Source: Spirochaetota bacterium
GTDB taxonomy: Bacteria; Spirochaetota; Spirochaetia; SZUA-6; Fen-1364
Length of the DNA: 60,564 nucleotides
NCBI GenBank assembly: GCA_026398635.1
Contig: JAPLSM010000042.1
Location: forward strand, 1 to 60,564
Direction: 5' to 3'
Under the pieces are notes generated by a model that did not search any database, was not told where the DNA came from, and worked only from the letters and a program-made list of their open reading frames with translations. A program made the position numbers and the translations under genes. The first letter of the stretch is position 1; every line of letters begins with the position of its first letter. Shown one piece after another: positions 55,907 through 60,564 of the stretch.

Positions 55907-57322
55907 ATGATACGGAAGGTGAGCATCCTCGAGGTGAAAAGCGAACACCTCCACATCTTCTCGCGATTCGAGCTTCCCCGGATCGGCGCCACGCTCCTCG
56001 CGACGATCCTGCACGACCGCGGCCTCGACGCCGAGGCCCTGTTCCTGAGCCGCGCCGCCCTCCTCGCCCGGCGCATCGAGACCGACCTCGCGGGCATCTC
56101 GACCATCACCGCCACCGCGCCCGCATCCTACGCCGTGGCGGACGACCTGCGTCGGCGGGGCATCCCGGTGGTCTTCGGGGGGCCCCACGCGAGCTTCCAG
56201 CCGGAGGAGGCACTCACGCACGGCGACTACTGCCTCGTGGGCGAGGCCGAGCAGTCGCTGCCGATGCTCGTGGAGGCCCTGAACGGCGAGCGGACGCTGG
56301 ACGAGGTGCCGGGGCTGGTGTGGCGCCGGGAGGGCATGGTGGTCCGCAACGCCCCCGCACGCCCCATCGACGACCTCGACAGCCTGCCGTTCCCCGACTA
56401 CAGCCTCCTCGACATGGGGCGCCGGAGGATGGGAGCCTTCCTGCTCGGAGGCTCGATCGTGCCGGTCCAGACCTCCCGGGGCTGCCCCTACGACTGCTCC
56501 TTCTGCTCGGTCACGGGCATGTTCGGCAAGCGCTACCGGTTCCGCTCCACAGCGAACGTCATCGCCGAACTCGAGCGCTACCGGCCGAACCAGAACATCT
56601 TCTTTTACGACGACAATTTCGCCGCCAACTCCCGGCACACCCGTGAGCTGCTCCAGGCCATGATCGAGCGGAACTTCCGCTTCCACTGGTCAACCCAGGT
56701 GCGCGCGGACGTCGCCCGCGACCCCGACCTCCTGGACCTGATGGTCCGCGCCGGATGCAGCACCGTGTTCATCGGTTTCGAGAGCGTGGACCCGCGGGCA
56801 CTCGCGGAGATGCACAAGGGTCAGTCGGTCGAGGAGATGCGCCACGCGGTGCACGAGCTGCACCGGCGCGGTGTCCACGTACACGGCATGTTCGTCTTCG
56901 GGTTCGACGCCGACAGCCCCGACACGGTGCACGCCACCGTGGACTTCGCCATCCGGGAGCGTATCGACTCGGTCCAGTTCCTGCTGCTGACCCCGCTGCC
57001 CGGCTCTGCGCTGTTCGAGCGCCTCTCGGCCGAGGGTCGGCTGAACGACCGGGACTGGGACGACTACGACGCGCACCACGTCACGTTCCGGCCCACCGGC
57101 TTCACGGCCTGGAAGCTTCAGCTCGCCCAGATCAGAGCCCATGCCCGTTTCTACTCGTGGGCTCGGGTGCTTGGCCGGCTGCTGCACGGCAAGCTCGCCG
57201 GGTTCCTCGTCGGCGTCTACGCCCACGGGCTCAACCGGCGCTGGAAGTGGAAGGAACGACGGTACCTCAGGGCCCTGCGCCGGCCGATGAACGCCGGCCG
57301 GACGCTGCCGGCCGCGGGCTGA
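55907..57322 (+). CDS. B12-binding-domain radical SAM protein (class B), substrate unknown
   Basis: AAGGAGGGG lies 6 nt upstream of the ATG at 55907. N-terminal Rossmann-like cobalamin-binding-type domain (..GISTITATAP....A..LRRRGIPVVFGGPHAS). Radical SAM cluster motif SRGCPYDCSFCS. TIM-barrel motifs FFYDDNF, VFIGFES, VHGMFVFG. Confidence 0.85.
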   Translation: MIRKVSILEVKSEHLHIFSRFELPRIGATLLATILHDRGLDAEALFLSRAALLARRIETDLAGISTITATAPASYAVADDLRRRGIPVVFGGPHASFQPEEALTHGDYCLVGEAEQSLPMLVEALNGERTLDEVPGLVWRREGMVVRNAPARPIDDLDSLPFPDYSLLDMGRRRMGAFLLGGSIVPVQTSRGCPYDCSFCSVTGMFGKRYRFRSTANVIAELERYRPNQNIFFYDDNFAANSRHTRELLQAMIERNFRFHWSTQVRADVARDPDLLDLMVRAGCSTVFIGFESVDPRALAEMHKGQSVEEMRHAVHELHRRGVHVHGMFVFGFDADSPDTVHATVDFAIRERIDSVQFLLLTPLPGSALFERLSAEGRLNDRDWDDYDAHHVTFRPTGFTAWKLQLAQIRAHARFYSWARVLGRLLHGKLAGFLVGVYAHGLNRRWKWKERRYLRALRRPMNAGRTLPAAG

Positions 57323-57368
57323 AGACCGCGCGGGGGGCGACCCGCTTGCCGCGGCCGCGCTGGCGGGT

Positions 57369-58145
57369 ATGATGGTACGCGTGGCCGATTCGCGGCGGGG
57401 CCGCTCCCCCGGACTGCTCGCTCGACTCCTGCCCTGGCTGCAGCGCGGTCCCCAGGTGTACGCGCTCGTGGGCCGCAGCGGCACCGGCAAGAGCTACAAG
57501 GCCCGGGCGATCGCGCAACGATACGGCATCGAGCTCATCATCGACGACGGTCTCATCATCAGGAACGGCACGATCATCGCGGGCCGGTCGGCCAAGCGCG
57601 AGAAGGGCATCATCAGCGCCGTGCGCACGGCCGTGTTCGCGAATCCCGACCAGGTCGCGGACGCGCGCCGCGTGCTCGCCGCCGAGCGCTTCCGGCGCAT
57701 CCTCGTCATCGGCACCTCCCTGAAGATGGTTCAGCGGATCGTGGCAACCCTCGAACTGCCGGCGATAGTACGGATCATCCCGATCGAGCAGGCGGCCAGC
57801 CGTGAGGAGATCGCCCGCGCGCTGCGCGTGCGGACCGAGCAGGGCAAGCACATCATCCCGGTGCCTTCCGTGGAGATCAAGCGCTCCTACCCCCACATCT
57901 TCTTCGAAAGCATGAAGGAGCTGATCGCGGGGACCCGGCGGGGCTTCGGCCGCAGGCCGCAGGACGCGCATCTCGTCGAGAAGACCGTGGTGCGCCCGCC
58001 CTACAGCCGCCCGGCCAGGGCGAAGCTAAAGCCCGCGGCGAAGCCTGACGCGGCGGCTGCGCCGACCGACGGATCGGCTCAGCTCGCGCCCAGGGCGAAG
58101 CCCGACGCGGCGGAGAAGCCCCTCGTTGCGCGACCGGAGACCTGA
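57369..58145 (+). CDS. P-loop NTPase-like hypothetical protein with Lys/Pro/Ala-rich tail
   Basis: Walker A-like ALVGRSGTGKSYKA, a possible Walker B ELIIDDG, and a low-complexity C-terminal tail (AKPDAA repeats). No family was recognised. Confidence 0.65.
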   Translation: MMVRVADSRRGRSPGLLARLLPWLQRGPQVYALVGRSGTGKSYKARAIAQRYGIELIIDDGLIIRNGTIIAGRSAKREKGIISAVRTAVFANPDQVADARRVLAAERFRRILVIGTSLKMVQRIVATLELPAIVRIIPIEQAASREEIARALRVRTEQGKHIIPVPSVEIKRSYPHIFFESMKELIAGTRRGFGRRPQDAHLVEKTVVRPPYSRPARAKLKPAAKPDAAAAPTDGSAQLAPRAKPDAAEKPLVARPET

Positions 58146-58152
58146 AAAGCGT

Positions 58153-58181
58153 TTGACAGCCCCTCCGGGCGGCACTACTAT
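58153..58181 (+). promoter_or_regulatory. Putative sigma70-type promoter
   Basis: TTGACA (58153-58158), a 17-nt spacer, then TACTAT (58176-58181), 18 nt upstream of the ATG at 58200. Confidence 0.5.
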
Positions 58182-58199
58182 CGGACAGCAGGGGGCCGC

Positions 58200-59387
58200 A
58201 TGCGAACACCCATCGCCGTCATCCTCCTCGTCCTCGCCTGCGCCGCCAGCTCCGCGCAGGAAGCGAAGCTCTACGTGGCCGAGTCTGCACACTACCGGGT
58301 CAGCGCCGAAACCTCCCAGTCCCAGGCCGACGAGGTGGCCCGGCGCATGGAAGCCGTGCTGCGCCTCGCCAACGACATCTTCCACTTCGACCTCGAACGC
58401 CTCCCCGCGAAGATGCGCGTGCGCCTCTTTCGGGACGAGGTCGCCTTCAACGCCTACCTGAAACCGATCGCCGCACAAACCCGCACGGATTTCGTTTTCC
58501 TCGCATACCCCGAGCCCGAGAAATCGGAGCTGTTGTGCTTCCCGCGCGCGGAGAAAGCCTTCTCCGCATCGCTCATCCACCAGGCCGTGGTGCAGCTCTC
58601 CCGGTCCTACATCGTGAACACGCCCGTCTGGCTCCGCGAGGGCGTAGCCGCGTACCTCGAGGCCGCCGCATGGGACGCGAAGACCTCCTCCTGCCTGTTC
58701 CGGCCGAACCTCGCGTGGCTCGACCCGCTGCGCGCTGCCGTGCGCGGGGAGACGGCCCTCGTGCCGCTCGCGGACCTGCTGGTGTTCACCCGGGAGAGGG
58801 CCCAGGCGAAGCTCGACATCTTCTACCCCGAGGCGTGGGGGCTCGTGCACTTTCTCGTGAGCTCGCCGGACCGCGGGCACAACCGCATCCTCTGGGACGC
58901 CGTCTCCTCCCTCGAAGCGACGTCATCGCTCGAGGAAAACTCGCAGGCCGTGCGCAAGAGCGTCTTCGGCTGGCTCGGGGCAGAGAAGGTCTTCCAGGAC
59001 TTCAAGGCGTACATCCTAGGGATGAAGAACTCCACCGATCTGGCACGGGAGGGAGCCGAACTGTACGCGAAGGGTGATCTGGACATGGCGAAGGCTTCCC
59101 TGCTCGCCTCGGTCGACCTCGACCCTGCGGGCTCCACGGCCCTCTACTATCTCGGCCTGGTAGCCTACGGACGCCGGGAGTACGCGGAGGCCGAGGGCTG
59201 GTACCTGCGCGCCTACGACGCCGGCGCGGGCGCCGGCCTCATCAACTACGCGTTGGGCGTGAACGCCTTCGCGGCCGGGAAGTACGACACCTCGTCGAAG
59301 TACCTGAAGCTCGCGCGCGATGCCGACCCCGGGTTCTATGCGGAGAAGGTCGACGCCCTGCTCAAGAGGCTTGAGGGCCTGAAGTAG
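58200..59387 (+). CDS. Secreted protein with DUF1570-like N-domain and C-terminal TPR repeats
   Basis: Signal peptide MRTPIAVILLVLACAASSAQ. The N-domain starts ..HYRV.AE.S...A......E........F.. and includes WLREGVAAYLE. C-terminal TPR units (AELYAKGDLDMAKASLLASVDLDP, ALYYLGLVAYGRREYAEAEGWYLRAY). The domain call is weak. Confidence 0.7.
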   Translation: MRTPIAVILLVLACAASSAQEAKLYVAESAHYRVSAETSQSQADEVARRMEAVLRLANDIFHFDLERLPAKMRVRLFRDEVAFNAYLKPIAAQTRTDFVFLAYPEPEKSELLCFPRAEKAFSASLIHQAVVQLSRSYIVNTPVWLREGVAAYLEAAAWDAKTSSCLFRPNLAWLDPLRAAVRGETALVPLADLLVFTRERAQAKLDIFYPEAWGLVHFLVSSPDRGHNRILWDAVSSLEATSSLEENSQAVRKSVFGWLGAEKVFQDFKAYILGMKNSTDLAREGAELYAKGDLDMAKASLLASVDLDPAGSTALYYLGLVAYGRREYAEAEGWYLRAYDAGAGAGLINYALGVNAFAAGKYDTSSKYLKLARDADPGFYAEKVDALLKRLEGLK

Positions 59388-60549
59388 ACTGCCCGACGTC
59401 GCGCCGGGGTCCTCGACGCCTGCCGCCCCGCCGGTGGCGCTTCTTTTTCGGCGGCACGAGTTCCGCCCCGATCTCCTGCAACACATCCAGCGCGGCACGT
59501 GCCAGGTCACGGCGCGAGGGAAACAACGGCTCCGAGGCGGTGCGGAGGTAGTGCGCGATGACGATGTCGGGCTCCGGGCCGACGAACCGCGCGCGCTCCG
59601 CCAGCAGCAGGTCGCGGAACAGGAATGAGAACAGGGCCTCCCGCTCCAGGGGCCGGCCGGCACGGGTCTCGTCGTCGAGCGCCGCGAGCCGGACGCCGAG
59701 CGATGAATCCGCGAGTTTCCGGGCGGTCGGCCGCAGGCTCGCGTCCACGGCCGGCAGCAGCACCTCGGTCACCCGGTAGCGCCACGCCAGCTCGAGAATG
59801 TCAGCGGCATTGCCCGAGGCGAGGATCTTGTACACCTCTTCGGTGACCCGCTCGCGCGAGCAATCGAGCAGCCCCCGGCGCAGCCGCTTGATGAGCATCC
59901 CCATGCCCATCGTGATGGGGAACCCGGTGTAGCTGGCGTACTTCAACGCCCGGATCATGCGTACCGGGTCCTCGTTGAACGACTCCTCGGCGTTGCCCAG
60001 GGTGCGCAGACGCCTGCGCCGCACATCGTCGAGGCCGCCCACGTAGTCCACGATCTGCTCGTCGAGCGGCTCGTAATAGAGCGCGTTGATCGTGAAGTCG
60101 CGCCGACGCGCGTCCTCCTCCATCGTCCCGAAGAAGTTCTCGGAACCCTCCCGCATCTCGGCCCGGAAGGTCGTCACTTCCACCCACTTGTCCCGGCCGA
60201 AGTAGACGTGCACGATGCGGAACCGCCGGCCGATGAGGCGCGCGGTGCGGAACAGGCGCCGCAGCTGCTGCGGGGTGGCGTCCGTGGCGATGTCGAAGTC
60301 CTTTGGCTTGCGGCCGACGAGCAGGTCGCGTACCGCGCCGCCCACGATATAGGCGTGGAAGCGCGCCCGGCGAAGTGTCCGGCACACCCACAGCGCGTCG
60401 GGGTCCACGAGATGGTGCTCGAGGCCGTGCTCGTCGCGCGTGTAGATGTGGGCTTTCTTCTCTACCGTGCCGTTTTCTGAACTACCGTATCTGAGGAGCA
60501 ATGTGCATTCCCTGATGAAAAACGGATATCGTGCCCCCAAGGTAGCCAC
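59362..60549 (-). CDS. pcnB: Poly(A) polymerase / tRNA nucleotidyltransferase family protein (PcnB-like)
   Basis: ..AYIVGGAVRDLLVGRKPKDFDIATDATP..L..LF...R.IGRRF.IVHV... and ..RRDFTINALYY.. are the Pol-beta-type NTase motifs of the PcnB/CCA family. The basic C-terminal tail favours PcnB. The 3' end overlaps the convergent gene by 26 nt. Confidence 0.8.
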   Translation of the reverse strand: MATLGARYPFFIRECTLLLRYGSSENGTVEKKAHIYTRDEHGLEHHLVDPDALWVCRTLRRARFHAYIVGGAVRDLLVGRKPKDFDIATDATPQQLRRLFRTARLIGRRFRIVHVYFGRDKWVEVTTFRAEMREGSENFFGTMEEDARRRDFTINALYYEPLDEQIVDYVGGLDDVRRRRLRTLGNAEESFNEDPVRMIRALKYASYTGFPITMGMGMLIKRLRRGLLDCSRERVTEEVYKILASGNAADILELAWRYRVTEVLLPAVDASLRPTARKLADSSLGVRLAALDDETRAGRPLEREALFSFLFRDLLLAERARFVGPEPDIVIAHYLRTASEPLFPSRRDLARAALDVLQEIGAELVPPKKKRHRRGGRRRGPRRDVGQSTSGPQAS

Positions 60550-60564
60550 CGGTCCGGGGAAGGT

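Noticed and set aside
55841-55908. The direct repeat GTACGTAT (55841-55848 and 55901-55908) near the radical SAM promoter and Shine-Dalgarno
   Set aside because: It is only 8 nt, contains short self-palindromes, and could easily arise by chance. No supporting structure was found.
19526-57322. Linking the Memo-like gene (19526-20359) with the radical SAM gene (55907-57322) as an AmmeMemoRadiSam system
   Set aside because: The genes are 35 kb apart on opposite strands. The radical SAM enzyme has an N-terminal B12-binding-type domain rather than the AmrS architecture, and no AMMECR1-domain gene is present.

Overview
High-G+C (about two-thirds G+C by eye) bacterial chromosomal segment. It is very densely packed, with about 50 CDS and one tRNA, and many 1- or 4-nt start/stop overlaps. 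Most of the content is housekeeping. Left to right:
- an integrase remnant next to initiator tRNA-Met
- an amino-acid ABC transporter and rpsU
- a thpR / nucleoside phosphorylase / recJ / M23 peptidase chain
- recO divergent from lon, then an M15 peptidase, tsaC and ftsB
- an operon holding an acidic repeat protein and two tandem Maf/DUF115 genes
- a Memo-like gene, a degenerate GGDEF protein, rnz plus an M16 peptidase, and epmA-efp
- an ~18-kb minus-strand gene train: FabK-like, a Cas2-like small ORF, prfB with its +1 frameshift, cheY, a PEGA protein, ftsY, lolCDE-type genes, mcsA-mcsB-clpC, a 953-aa TPR protein and an isopropylmalate-synthase-family gene
- a GH57 glycosidase, an Rnf-like module, a B12-type radical SAM gene, and a pcnB-like gene

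The Lol genes, lipoboxes and signal peptides point to a diderm organism. The taxon cannot be assigned from sequence alone. No CRISPR array, rRNA or intact mobile element was seen.

The most interesting observation is a four-gene Rnf-derived module (C-D-E-A). It lacks rnfG and rnfB, and the Fe-S cysteine ligands of the A and E subunits are gone. It is tightly coupled to an uncharacterised 512-aa membrane protein and a divergent PAP2 gene. Secondary observations:
- a solitary Cas2-like ORF sitting directly in front of prfB
- a young 18-nt VNTR that encodes an acidic tail on ClpC
- mcsAB-clpC without ctsR, and apparently leaderless promoters for mcsA and lon
- a Maf pair flanked by pseudo-GGDEF proteins

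All family assignments are by-eye motif recognition. No searches were run.
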